From positions 1 through 35,090 of the forward strand of contig NW_021829913.1 of NCBI RefSeq assembly GCF_006345805.1: a stretch of 35,090 nt of DNA, in the 5' to 3' direction. Within the stretch, counting starts at the first letter, position 1. Each line of letters begins with the position of its first letter. The notes below the pieces were generated by a model. That model was not told where the DNA came from. It worked only from the letters and a program-made list of their open reading frames with translations, and did not search any database. This document shows, piece by piece, positions 11,040 to 22,170 of this stretch. The stretch is from Octopus sinensis (taxonomy: Eukaryota). The translations under genes were made by a program, and so were the position numbers.

Positions 11040-12160
11040 ATACATTTTGGCCAAAGACTAGCCCCAACCATGTCTGACTTAATAGCATCCCCTCATAGGA
11101 TCTATTAAATCGTTTTCAAGTCATATTTGGTGGTATTGAGCCCCATTCACGTAGGGAGTTGTTGAGTGAGATGTACCCAGGTATTGGGGGTTTCTCTGGT
11201 ATCCCCTGAGGAAATTTGTCCAGGTTTCATTTAAAGGGAATGGGATAGTATTTTTTTTTTCTTTGATTTGTTTTTGGATAACATTATATGGAATAGGGTC
11301 CTGTTGAGGAAAAGAATTATATTGCTGTGGATTTATGTGTTGTGATCCTGAATTGTGTAGGGGCCATGTGGCACGTGGCCACCCTAGCCCTGGATGTATT
11401 CTGAATCAAAATTAATGTTGTTTCAGCAATGCTGGTCATGTATTCGCCCACATCGTGCAAGATGGCTTTGGAGAGAATAAAGTTTCAATGCTTTAATGTG
11501 GTCCCAATAATCAAGACGAGTCATACTTTGTATTCTTTAATGATTGCTCTCTGGAGTGACTCATTTCTCTTAATGTTTTGTGTGGTGTGGGGCAGGGGTG
11601 GGGGGACCGTAGGGGGCAGCATCATTTTAGGTGTGGCTGCTCAAAAGAGGAGAGTGGGGAAACAAAACATCTTGCTCTCCCTGGACTGGAAAGTTCCGAG
11701 GATCCAGGAGCTCGTCCTGCAAGCTATATTGACTTCATTGTTGATGCATAGCAAGCATAAGACCGCTGCCCCACCCGTAGGTCCATTGAGAGACAATAAC
11801 AGGATTCTCCACCACAACGCTAAAGACATGGCTCAAGTACTACAGAAACAATACTGTCCTGCCTTTAGCGATCCCACTGATATTGATGCAAGGGATGTGA
11901 ACGGGGTCAACCCTCAGCATATTATCTCGACCATAACTGTCACACACTGAAGCAGCAAAGAAGACCAAACTGAACACGTGCAGTTTGCAAAAGAGAATGC
12001 CCTCAGCCGACCATATTCTCTTCCATCAGAGGAACTACTCACAGCATCCAAAAGAAGAGACTTAGGAGTAGCTGTTGGAAACAGTCTTGACTGGAGTGTT
12101 CTCATCAACACTAAAGTCAATATGGTTCACAGAATGAGCTCCTCGATCCTTAGAACCTGC
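11040..12160. mobile_element. CR1/L2-group LINE relic: minus-strand 3' part (11040-11750) joined to a plus-strand upstream part (11750-12160)
   Basis: Minus: INNEVNIACRTSSWILGTFQSRE, MTRLDYWDHIKALKLYSLQ, SSTGP, NLDKF..GIPEKPPIPGY. Plus: VGPLRDNN...KDMAQVLQKQY...FSDP and RDLGVAVGNSLDW..INTKVNMVHRMSSSILRTCQS. Confidence 0.75.
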
Positions 12161-12184
12161 CAGTCCAAGGTGCCAAAATGTCAT

Positions 12185-13105
12185 CAGACCATTTCCTCCA
12201 CCTCACATGACCATGCCAGCGCAGTCATCTATCTTGTACACCACATCCGATGTCTCCAATTTTCTCAGCACATTTCTTTGTCCTAAAAGCACCCTGGTAT
12301 TGCACATCCAGTGGAGCATGCTAGTTTCTTCTCTTTCTATATCTTCTGCATTCAACGCCTAACTTTCACAACTGTGTAGCTTTGCTGTTTGTATATAGGC
12401 ATCGTACAACCTACCTTTCACTCTGAGAGAAAAGTCTTTCATTACCAACTTACATAAAAGTTCTCTAAGCTTTCTCCACTCACATCTTATTCCAGTAACT
12501 ATCCTTTCAGTCTATCCTCCTCCACTGTTAATTAGCTCACCTAGATAACAGAATCTGCCTACTATTTCTAGGGAGCCTCCTAGGTATTCCACAACATCTA
12601 TTTCCCATGTTCTCTTATTACATATTGCTCCTGCACATCTGCCACAAACAACTTCTGTTCTCTCTCTCTTTACATTCCTCTCATACCACTACACCTCTTA
12701 TGCGTCCATGGTTTGCACTGAGGACATTGTAAGCAATTTCTGCCTACACCTTGTCTATACATGGAACAGGGTCATTTACCCAAACGGATTACTGCCCTAT
12801 TTTTCTGCTAACTTGAACTTGGGTCTTTGCCAACTTAACTTTAAGACCCTTTCATTCCTGTTTTGTTTTCACATTTGGAATTCTCAAATTAATTCTCCTA
12901 AGTTTCAGCTGTAAGAACAAGATCTTCATCATAGAGGAGTTCCCATGGGTAACCAGTCTTAAATTCCTCCGTTATGGCCTTGACGACTATGTAAAATAAG
13001 AGAGGTCTCATGACTGACCCATGATTGAACTCCCACTCGCACACTAAATTCATCTCCTGTACTCATTGTTAACTGTCTTCTTCATTAACTGGGCTACGGC
13101 TCTTG
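12185..13105 (-). mobile_element. Decayed RTE fragment (RT 3' half)
   Basis: Minus strand: AITEEFKTGYPWELLYDEDL, CPQCKPWTHKRC, KGRLYDAY..TAKLHSCE, LRWHGHV; multiple stops and frameshifts. Confidence 0.85.
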
Positions 13106-13139
13106 CAGGGACATTTATAACCTGGTCCAGTAATTTAAT

Positions 13140-13198
13140 ACACACAAGTATACACATACATACGTATATTTGTACATATACCTATACATATACATACA

Positions 13199-13232
<34 letters not shown>

Positions 13233-13262
13233 CATACATATACATATATGTTTACATATGTA
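13140..13262. repeat. (TACA)n microsatellite
   Basis: Direct reading. Confidence 0.9.
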
Positions 13263-13279
13263 TATGCCAAATCTGCAGC

Positions 13280-14657
13280 TGGTGCAAAGTCCCATCCAGA
13301 CCTAGGGTGACATGGTAGAGGAACAATGCTGTTGACAAGGCCATTAGAGCAAAGAATTTGGGGGTAGGAGGAAACCGTATCAGATAACCAGAAGGAAAGC
13401 TAGGGGACAGGTCTATCTAGCCAAGAGAGAAGCAGAAAAGAAGTTTCCCTATGTTTAGCGACATGAGAACCAGAGTCTTGAAGTGTTTTGGAATGCAAGA
13501 CAGTGTATGAGAGAGATTTGTGATGTCATAGGAGAGAAATGTGTCCACATGGATGATGGTTCACTAGCATTTAATGATTTGGCAAGGAAAGAGGCTTAGA
13601 AATTCCATTATGAAAGACTGCTGGACGTGGAGAATGAATGGGAGGAGAGTCTGCCAAATGTTGACCCAACTGAGGGACCAGCTATCCAAAGCGACAGTAT
13701 CTTGATAGATAAAGCAATTAAGAATATGTAAACAGGGAAAGGCCCCGGCCCATCAGGAATCACTGCTGAGATCCTTAAAATATCTTGGCGTGTGTGGGTA
13801 ATGGTCTACTCACTCATATCAAGTTGTTCACGAAGGAGTCATACCCAATGACTGGTGTAGCAGCACCATAGTGAACTGCTACAAATGGGAAGGTGATGCT
13901 TTAGATAGGAATAATTGCAGAGGTATCAAATTGTTGAATCAAATGATGTAAGTTGCAGAGAGGGTCCTAACCAAACTAATTAGGGAGAGAGTTAGTCTAG
14001 AAGAGATGCACTTTGGTTTTGTGGTGCCAGGGAGAAGCACCTCTGATGCTATATTTCTGGAAGGGCAGCTTCAGGAGTGTTATGGAGAGTTCTAGCATCT
14101 AAATCTGTCCAATAGAATATTCTAGAGAGTTCTACAACTATTCATTCGATTCTATTGGACAGATTTAGATGCTAGTGATCTCCACAACAAAGAGAAATAT
14201 GTAACCAAAAATAAACCTCTGTACTTGGCTTTTGTTGACTTGGAGAAAGCCTTTGACAGGGGCCCCCGATCCCTTATCTGGTCGTCAATGCTGAAACTAG
14301 GGTTAGACGAGTTGTTGGTGAGCCATTCAAGCAGTGTACAGGGACGCTATCAGCAAGGTGATCGTTGGCAAGGAGTACAGTGAAGAATTCAGGGTATAAG
14401 TAGGTATTCACCAAGGATCGGTTCCCAGCACCCTCTTGTTCATCATAGTTCTCCAGGCAATAACAGAGGAATGTATGACAGACTGCGCCTGGGAGCTCCT
14501 CTAAGCTGATGTCTTTGCTATAATAGATGAATCACTTCCAGAACTAGAGAAAAAGTTTCAGGTATGGAAGCAAGGTCTAGAATAGAAGGGCCTTAGAGTT
14601 AACCTAGCAAAATCTTAGTAAATAGAAGTCAGACAAATCATGAATCCCTTTAGGTAC
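13280..14657 (+). mobile_element. Decayed RTE fragment homologous to ~1806-3100 of the full-length copy
   Basis: Colinear DNA matches (ggtgcaaagtcccatccagacctag, ctgccaaatgttgaccca, gtcatacccaatgactggtg, ttggagaaagcctttgacagg, tgggagctcctct); contains stops and a 112-bp insertion. Confidence 0.92.
14078..14189. mobile_element. 112-bp MITE with 41-bp TIRs, TGT...ACA termini and a probable 5-bp TSD
   Basis: Interrupts RTE codons QLQE|KY. TIR tgtt(a/g)tggaga(gtt/tca)ctagcatctaaatctgtccaatagaat. Flanks aggag (14073-14077) and aagag (14190-14194). Confidence 0.85.
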
Positions 14658-14674
14658 ATGCATATATATATCTG

Positions 14675-15015
14675 AGAGACCCCCTTCAGTCACGACACTG
14701 ACCATGGGATTGCACCTAGAAAGTTACCCTCCCAGGCACAAGTCCGGGCAAGGTTGTTTATGGAAGACCAGCAGTCACCCATGCATACCAGCCTCCCCAC
14801 TCTACACCACCAGTGTTATCCAAGGGAAAGGCAAAGGGGCCGATACAGCTTGCCACCTGTGACACTGCAACTCATTTCTAAGGCTGAGTGAACTGGAGCA
14901 ACGTGAAATAAAGTGTCTTGCTCAAGAACACAACACGCAGCCCAGTCCGGGATTCGAGCTCACAACCTCACGATCGTAAGCTCAACACTCTAACCACTGA
15001 GCCATGCACCTTCAC
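14675..15015 (-). mobile_element. tRNA-derived SINE (local family D, CORE-like body)
   Basis: Reverse complement begins gtgaaggtgcatggctcagtggttagagtgttg...gagctcgaatcccgg (A and B boxes), then ttcttgagcaagacactttatttcacgttgctccagttcactcagc. Confidence 0.85.
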
Positions 15016-15044
15016 ATATATACACACATACATCTATCTATATT

Positions 15045-15086
<42 letters not shown>

Positions 15087-15350
15087 ATATATATATACAC
15101 ACACACACACATGCACATATATATTTATCTATACATACACATATATACCCACATATATGCATTCACATGATACAACACATACATACACATAGTTTTCTTG
15201 CACTTGTTTATCAGACACCTCTCCATGTGACACACACCACTTTAAATACCACTTCAGATATTGAAATATGTTCTTGGAATGACTTTGTTTCCATTACGTC
15301 CTGTGTTAAGCAGTGACAATGGGGCCATCCATGCCCACCCTCGCCAACTC

Positions 15351-15478
15351 ACTCTCTAAGCAACTTTGCAACACCCGAGGAATGTCACCAACGCATGACA
15401 TAATCTCCAGATAAACTGCTCTTCTCTCTTTGTTGTTTTTAGCAGATTGGATTAACAATGTTGACCAAAGTCTTCTCT
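15351..15478 (-). CDS. Candidate internal coding exon of an unidentified minus-strand gene
   Basis: Unique sequence between repeats. Open frame RRLWSTLLIQSAKNNKERRAVYLEIMSCVGDIPRVLQSCLE; acceptor ttctgttttgctgataag and canonical donor A|GTGAGT. Confidence 0.35.
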
Positions 15479-15679
15479 TATCAGCAAAACAGAACATACA
15501 CTCTCAGCTAATGAGGGGCTATGTACGTGGTAAATCAACAGACAAGAAATAGCAGCCAATTTTGCTGCTAATCACACCCTTGTCTTATATCAAAAGACCC
15601 CTTAGACAGTGCAGTTGAAAATAGATGTAAAATTTTGGGATGGTCATGGATGGAATGCTTTTGATCATGAATCCCAATC

Positions 15680-15699
15680 AGAGAGAGGAGAAAGAGAGA

Positions 15700-15738
<39 letters not shown>

Positions 15739-15770
15739 GGAGAGAGTGAGAGAGAGAGAGAGAAAGGGGG
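15680..15770. repeat. (GA)n microsatellite
   Basis: Direct reading. Confidence 0.9.
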
Positions 15771-15784
15771 TAAAAGTATAAAGG

Positions 15785-15924
15785 CTCCCTTCGGTCATGA
15801 ATGACCATGGGATTGCACTTAGAAAGTTCCCCTCTGAGGTACAAGTCCAGCAGTTGCCCATGCATTCCAGCCTCTGCTCTCCATGTCACCAATGTTGTCC
15901 ATGGGAAAGGCAAAGGACGATACA

Positions 15925-15927
<3 letters not shown>
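15785..15927 (-). mobile_element. Family D SINE, 3' part only
   Basis: Matches 14680-14850 (gaccatgggattgcac.tagaaagtt.ccctc...gggaaaggcaaagg..gatacagc). Confidence 0.8.
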
Positions 15928-15977
<50 letters not shown>

Positions 15978-16024
15978 TATATATATACATATATACAATA
16001 GATATGTGTGTGTGAGAGAGTACT

Positions 16025-16390
16025 TAGGTGCAGACGTGGGTTGGTGGTAAGAAGTCTGCTTCCCAGCCACATGGTTCTGGTTTCAGTCCCACAGTGTGCC
16101 ACCATGGGCAGGAGTCTTCTACTACAGTCTCACGCCCACCAAAGAATTGTGAGAGGATTTTGTAGATGGAAACTGAAAGAAGCCCATCATATGTATACAT
16201 ACATCTAAATGCATAGATCTTTGTGAGTATTTCTTCCCCACAATCGCTTGACAACTGGTGTGTGTTTACATTCCTGTAACCTAGTGGTTCATCAAAAAAA
16301 AATCAATAAAATAAATATCAAGATTTTTTTTAAATGAGGTCAATTCATGTGTTTAAAACGTTTCAAGGCAGTGCCCCAGCATGGGCACAA
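16025..16390 (+). mobile_element. Family B SINE, near complete
   Basis: Head and tail match 19772-20186, with an internal (TA)-rich linker. Confidence 0.82.
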
Positions 16391-16924
16391 TATATATAGA
16401 TATATATATATAGATACATACATATAATATAAATCAGAATGGAAAAACAAAACAATAAATTGAACAATGTATGCATGTATATGTAATTTATACACATATA
16501 TAGACACCCCCACCCCATCAGTGGTCTACTACCCCTTCTACCACTCCCTCTCCAATCACATACCCCTATTCATCTCCATTTCTGCCCCTCTCCTCTTCTT
16601 CATATTGATGTGACTAACGATAGCACTGGATCTTTCCGATGGCTCCCTCTACATCAATTCCCTTGTAACAAGAGAGCCAAGACATATATCACCCCCACCC
16701 AACACCCCTCTCATGCACATCAGTCTTCTGGTACTGTTTGGGGTCCACATATAAGGAGCTCATCAGATGTACATGTACCCCATACACTCGCTCCCACCAA
16801 TGTCCATTATATTGACATCAACCATTCACTCTCATCATTTATTGAGATGCCTTATATCTCGCTCTTTCTCACTTCTAATCCCTCCTGGGCTGGATCCAGA
16901 ACAAGAAGGCACCAAGGACACTGT

Positions 16925-17100
16925 AAGACAGTTGATGTTAGGAAGGACAAACACACCATAGAAACGAAACCCAAATAAATATAAAGGCTAAATGACATCC
17001 TGAGACCCATCTGGGAGAGAACCGCTGACCCTCCAATCCATACAAGTGGACAAAACAAATATGTACAGTGATGATGATGATGTGATGATGATGATGATTA
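16925..17100 (+). mobile_element. Decayed RTE 3'-terminal segment
   Basis: gttaggaaggaca...catagaaac and ctccaatccatacaagtgga followed by (GAT)n, similar to 4113-4260. Confidence 0.5.
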
Positions 17101-17427
17101 TAAATGAAGCTGAAAACACACGCACACATATGAAACTAATAAAATGATGAAGATGGAGAGCCCCTTCCAATGTGGAAAGGGTCAGTTAAGTAACATTTAC
17201 ATATTCCCGAAATATAAAAGATGACTTTTGCCTTTCTACATCGTAAGAAGCTGTCAGTCTCCAATGACAAGGCTTCTAGCAAACCACAAGGCTCTTCAGT
17301 ACATGTGTGTGTGTGTGTGTGACTATCTATGTATGTAAGTATGCACACACACACACACGTGGCATATATAGTTTTGTATATGTATATATATTATATATAT
17401 ATATATATACATATTATATATATATGT

Positions 17428-17575
17428 AGGCAGGAGTGCATTTGTAGTAAGAAGCTTGCTTCCCAACCACATGGTGTGGGTTCAGTCCCATTGCATGGCA
17501 CCTTGGGCAAGTGTCTTTGGGCCGAGCAAAGACTTGTGAGGATTTAGTAGATGGAAACTGAAAGAAGCCCATCAT
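17428..17575 (+). mobile_element. Family B SINE head
   Basis: gtagtaagaagcttgcttcccaaccacatgg...ggttcagtccc...ggaaactgaaagaagccc. Confidence 0.82.
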
Positions 17576-17594
17576 AATATATATAATTATATAT

Positions 17595-17911
17595 ATTATA
17601 TAAAAGGGCTTAGTAAAATAAATTACTTTGCCGCATACTGAACTCATTAGAAATAGCAGCTAAAAAACTTTTTTAAAGCTATTTCTAATACTTAAAGAAA
17701 ATCTCTCTCATATTATAGTGTTTGCTTAATTCAACTCACAAAAGTTTGGGGTAAGGACATCGAAAATTTTGTGAGTTGAATTAAGCAAACACTAATATGA
17801 GAGAGATTTTCTTTAAGTATTAGAAATAGCTTTAAAAAGTTTTTTAGCTGCTATTCTAATGAGTTCAGTATGCGGCAAAGTAATTTATTTTACTAAGCCC
17901 TTTTATATAAT
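17595..17911. repeat. 317-bp near-perfect palindrome (149/145-bp arms, 23-nt loop)
   Basis: Arms are identical except for three indels (1+1+2 nt) and have no substitutions; loop 17744-17766. Confidence 0.95.
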
Positions 17912-17999
17912 GTAATAATTTGAATTCGCCTTGAATGGTCCCTTTGCACTGACACTTGGTGAAATTGATTAATAATTAATTAATTTGCCCTCATTGTTG

Positions 18000-18036
<37 letters not shown>

Positions 18037-18230
18037 TTTCTCAGTGTATTTGCTTTGTATGTCGTAATTAGTATACTGTTAATTATAGCAGTTGCTTAAT
18101 CACTAGACTGGAGGCAGACACAATACACACACACACTAAATATATTATATATATATGTGTATGTATTATATTTATATATATATGTAAAAACACATTTATC
18201 TATGCACACAGAAATAATTGTATGTACATT

Positions 18231-18267
<37 letters not shown>

Positions 18268-18461
18268 AAGTATTTATCCCTTTTTCCCTGTAGTGGGAAC
18301 CTAGCACACACACATCCATATACACGAGTATATATATATATATAGACATGATATAGAGACACACATGTAGGACATGTCTAGGCTTTATCATTTGTCTACG
18401 TGATCAAATAGATAACAGCTTGTGTGCAAATTTCACACTACACACACACCCACACACACGA

Positions 18462-18603
18462 GGCGTTAACGCCCACTTCTTCCTGCTATTTATAAATAAG
18501 CCTCACTAGTAGGATTATCACATTTTTGCCCGTTCTTTCAACTGAACTCACAGACAGAAAGACTTCAGGCTGAAATCAAACGCAATTGTTGACTCAAGTA
18601 AGT
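18462..18603 (+). promoter_or_regulatory. Candidate Pol II core promoter and first non-coding exon (~18520-18597)
   Basis: Perfect palindrome GGCGTTAACGCC (18462-18473), TATAAA (18491-18496), TCA Inr-like site ~29 nt downstream, canonical donor AA|GTAAGT at 18598, all in unique sequence. Confidence 0.5.
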
Positions 18604-19203
18604 ACTTTTATGATAATTATCTTCATTAACAACTTCATTAACACATTTACAGTATGAAATATTCCTTACAACTATTTCAAACATAATTATGCTGTTATGT
18701 TGAAAATTGTTTTATTTTCAGGCAGTATTTTTCATACTAGGAACTGTTCAAACATTTCACAGAGTTACATTATAAGCAAAACTTTCATTTCCAGAATATA
18801 ATATAAAGGATAGTTTGGTTATGACAAGGTCAAAACTATTTGATGGAAATTAAGGAAAAATGTAGATTTGTGGATGAGAAAGACATGAATAATAATTGAA
18901 GAGAGGGTGTGTCATTTATAGAGATAGGTTAACAGACTAAATGGTGGTGGTCGTGGTGGTAGAAAGATTTCAAGTTATGTATGTAATGTGAGGCTGATGT
19001 GTTTTACTCCTTTAGTTATTGAACCATGGCCATGCTGGAGCATTGCCTTTATGTATTTAACTGATCGTATTAGCACCAGCATTTCTTTTTAAGTCCGGTA
19101 AATATTTTAACCGAATCTATTTGTGGATCAGCTAAATTAGGAAATGGAGTTGATATTTTAATTAAACAGTAAGTACTAATGATTAAATGATGGAAAGAAT
19201 ATA

Positions 19204-19235
<32 letters not shown>

Positions 19236-19544
19236 AAGTGAGAGAGAGAGAGATACACACTTGTATACATACATATATACGCACACTCTTCACGTTTGTG
19301 CTAATTTCCTCCAATAAACTATAAAAAATGTGTCCAGGATTTCAAATACTTTTACAAGAAGAGAAAGTTTATATTTTTTTGAACAATCTCAAAAATATTT
19401 GATAAATTCTAAAGAAAGAAAATGTAAATTATATTTAATGACAAAAAGTTTTAGATTTTATGTTTCATGGAAAATTCAAAGTTTGTAAAACAATTTTACA
19501 GAAATTTAAGATAGAAATCAAATAGGTTCGTAACTGTGTCTTTA

Positions 19545-20186
19545 TTTTTGTCCCACTAACATTGCTTGACAACCGATGTTGGTGTGTTTACATCCCTGTA
19601 ACTTAGTTGTTCAGCAAAACACACCAATAAATAACTAGGCTTACAAAGAATAAGTCCTGGGGTCGATTTGCTCGACTAAAGGTGGTGCTCCAGTATGGCC
19701 ACAGTCAAATGACTGAAACAAGTATAAGAATAAAAGAATATATATATATATTATATATATTATATACATACAGGCGCTGGAGTGGCTGTGTGGTAAGTAG
19801 CTTGCTTACCACCCACATGGTTCCGAGTTCAGTTCCACTGCGTGGCATCTTGGGCAAGTGTCCTTCTACTATAGCCTCGGGCCGACCAAAGCCTTATGTG
19901 TGGATTTGGTAGGCGGAAACTCAAAGAAGCCCGTTGTATATATATATGTATATATATGTATGTGTGTATGTGTATGTTTGTGTGTCTGTGTTTGTCCTCC
20001 TAGCATTGCTTGACAACCGATGCTGGTGTGTTTACGTCCCCGTCACATAGTGGTTCAGCAAAATAGACTGATAGAATAAGTACTAGGCATACAAAGAATA
20101 AGTCCCAGGGTCGATTTGCTCGACTAAAGGCGGTGCTCCAGCATGGCCGCAATCAAATGACTGAAACAAGTAAAAGAGTAAAAGAG
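19545..20186 (+). mobile_element. Family B SINE: tail-only copy (19545-19740) followed by the best-preserved complete copy (19772-20186)
   Basis: tRNA-like head ggcgctggagtggctgtgtggtaag...gttccgagttcagttcc, internal (TA)/(TG) microsatellite, tail ending gaaacaagtaaaagagtaaaagag. Confidence 0.9.
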
Positions 20187-20291
20187 AGAGTATATACATG
20201 TACACTATATAAACACACACACACATAATATATACATGTTTATGTAAAAGGGAAATAAAATGTTGAAGTTGATATTGAAAAGGAGAGAGGG

Positions 20292-20327
<36 letters not shown>

Positions 20328-20440
20328 AAGTAAAAGAAGAGAAGGACATATGAAGGATATAAAATAGGAAAGGAAGGGTTGTTATCATTATTATTAATTA
20401 CTATTACTATTATTATTATTAATTACTATTACTATTATTT

Positions 20441-21490
20441 GGGTGGTGAGCTGGCAGAATCGTTAGCATGCTGGGCAAAATGCTAGGCAGCTATTTGTTT
20501 GCCTTTACGTTCTCCGTGCAAATTTTGCAGACATCAACCTTTATCCTTTCGGGGTCAATAAAATAAGTACCTTTTGTGTTCTGGGGTCGATGTAATCAAT
20601 TTACCTGCTCTCCAGAACAAGCTGGCTTTCTGTTAAAATTTGAAGCCATTATTATTATCATTATTATTATTATTATTATTATTACAACTCATCTGCCACT
20701 ATATTCTGAGTTCAAATTCCACCAAGGTCAACTATGGCTTTCATTCTTTTGGGGTCAATTCAATAAGTTCCAGCTATGCACTGGAGGCGATATAATTTAC
20801 TAGTCCCCTCACCCCAAATTTCAGGCCTTGTGCCTATAGTAAGAGAGTATTCTTCTCCTTATTCTTCTTCTTCTTCTTATTATTATTATTATTATCATTA
20901 TTATTATAATTTCTGTGACGAGCTGGCAGAATTGTGAGAATGCAAGCAAATGTTGAGCGGCATTTTGTCCATCTTTACATTCTGAGTTCAAATTCCACCA
21001 AGGTTGACTTAGCCTTTCATCCTTTTGGGATCGATAAATTAAGTACTAGTTGAGTACTGGGGTCAGTGTAATAGACTGGACCCTTCCTTGAACTTGCTGG
21101 CCTTGTGCCAAACTTGAAATCATTTTTATTATATTAAAAAAAAAATAAAAGAAATCATTGCTGTTGTTGTTGTTGTTTTTACTGCTGCTGCTGCTAATAT
21201 TATTATTATTGATGTTGTTATTGTTATAGTTATTGATATTCTTCTTATCATTATTCTTATTATTATTAATGTGATGAACAAGCAGAATTGTTACAAAATG
21301 CCAGACAAAATACTTTGCATCATTTCTTCCAAGTTTACATTTTGAGTTCAAATTCCACCAAGGTTGATTTTGACCCTTGTCCTTTTGGGATTGATAAAAT
21401 AAGAACCAGTTAGGGGCTGGGGGGGGGGGTGTAATCAATTAACCCCCCCAATACCCAAAATTTCAGGCCTTATGTCTATAGTAGAAAGGA
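20441..21490 (+). mobile_element. Array of four same-orientation family A SINEs separated by (TTA)n runs
   Basis: Copies at ~20441-20625, 20700-20855, 20915-21125 and 21275-21490 each carry ttctgagttcaaattccaccaagg...ccttt(t/c)gggg.tcgataaa..aagtacc-like cores. Confidence 0.85.
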
Positions 21491-21519
21491 TTATTATTAT
21501 CTTCAAAATATTACCAAAA

Positions 21520-21690
21520 AAATTTGGGGGCATGGCTGTATGGTTAAGAAACTCACTTCACAACCTTGTGGTCTCAGGTTCAGTCCCACTTTGCAGCACC
21601 TTAAAGAATTAACTTCTTCTAATGTTCCAGGTTGACTCAAGCCTTGTGAGTGGGTTTCGTACATGGAACTGATAAATCCTATGGTATATA
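21520..21690 (+). mobile_element. Family B SINE head, diverged
   Basis: ggggcatggctgtatggttaagaa...caggttcagtcccact...caagccttgtgagtgg. Confidence 0.7.
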
Positions 21691-21749
21691 CATGTGTGTG
21701 TATATTCATGTATGCATATCTACATTTGTACTTGTATGTGTATGCATGT

Positions 21750-21787
<38 letters not shown>

Positions 21788-21902
21788 ATATGTCTGCTCA
21801 CGTCTCCTTGTCTTGACATCTGCTGCGAATTATAAACAAATGTCACGTCAAACAAACAGAGTCGTTTGTTTGCAGTGTTCCACCAGAAAACATATCCAAC
21901 CA

Positions 21903-22170
21903 TTGTGCTGTTCATGTTGGAAGAACTTGGGGAAATATTCTCTTGCTTGGAACCAGCTGAGGATTGGTGACCCTCATCGAGTGTAGTCATAGACTTGACT
22001 GAGTGGCACTCACAAGAACCTGGCAAGAAACAAAACAAAATTATGAGAGGGAAAATACAGAAAAAAAAAATACATCACCTCCAGTTCACTGCTTCCTGTA
22101 GCAGAAACAGCTGGAAGCTAATGAAGGTGTCTACGTAACTCTTGTTCTTTTGTCGTTCATTGATTCATAT
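21903..22170 (-). other. Candidate exon pair separated by a 59-nt GT-AG intron (22020-22078)
   Basis: Minus strand GAG|gtgatg...polypyrimidine ttttgttttgtttcttgccag|GT. The downstream exon (21903-22019) has an open frame GSCECHSVKSMTTLDEGHQSSAGSKQENISPSSSNMNSTM. The upstream exon does not splice cleanly in phase. Confidence 0.4.

Noticed and set aside
14950-15015. Functional tRNA genes at SINE heads (also 4455, 19772)
   Set aside because: A and B boxes are present but there is no complete cloverleaf, and each continues into a repeated SINE body.
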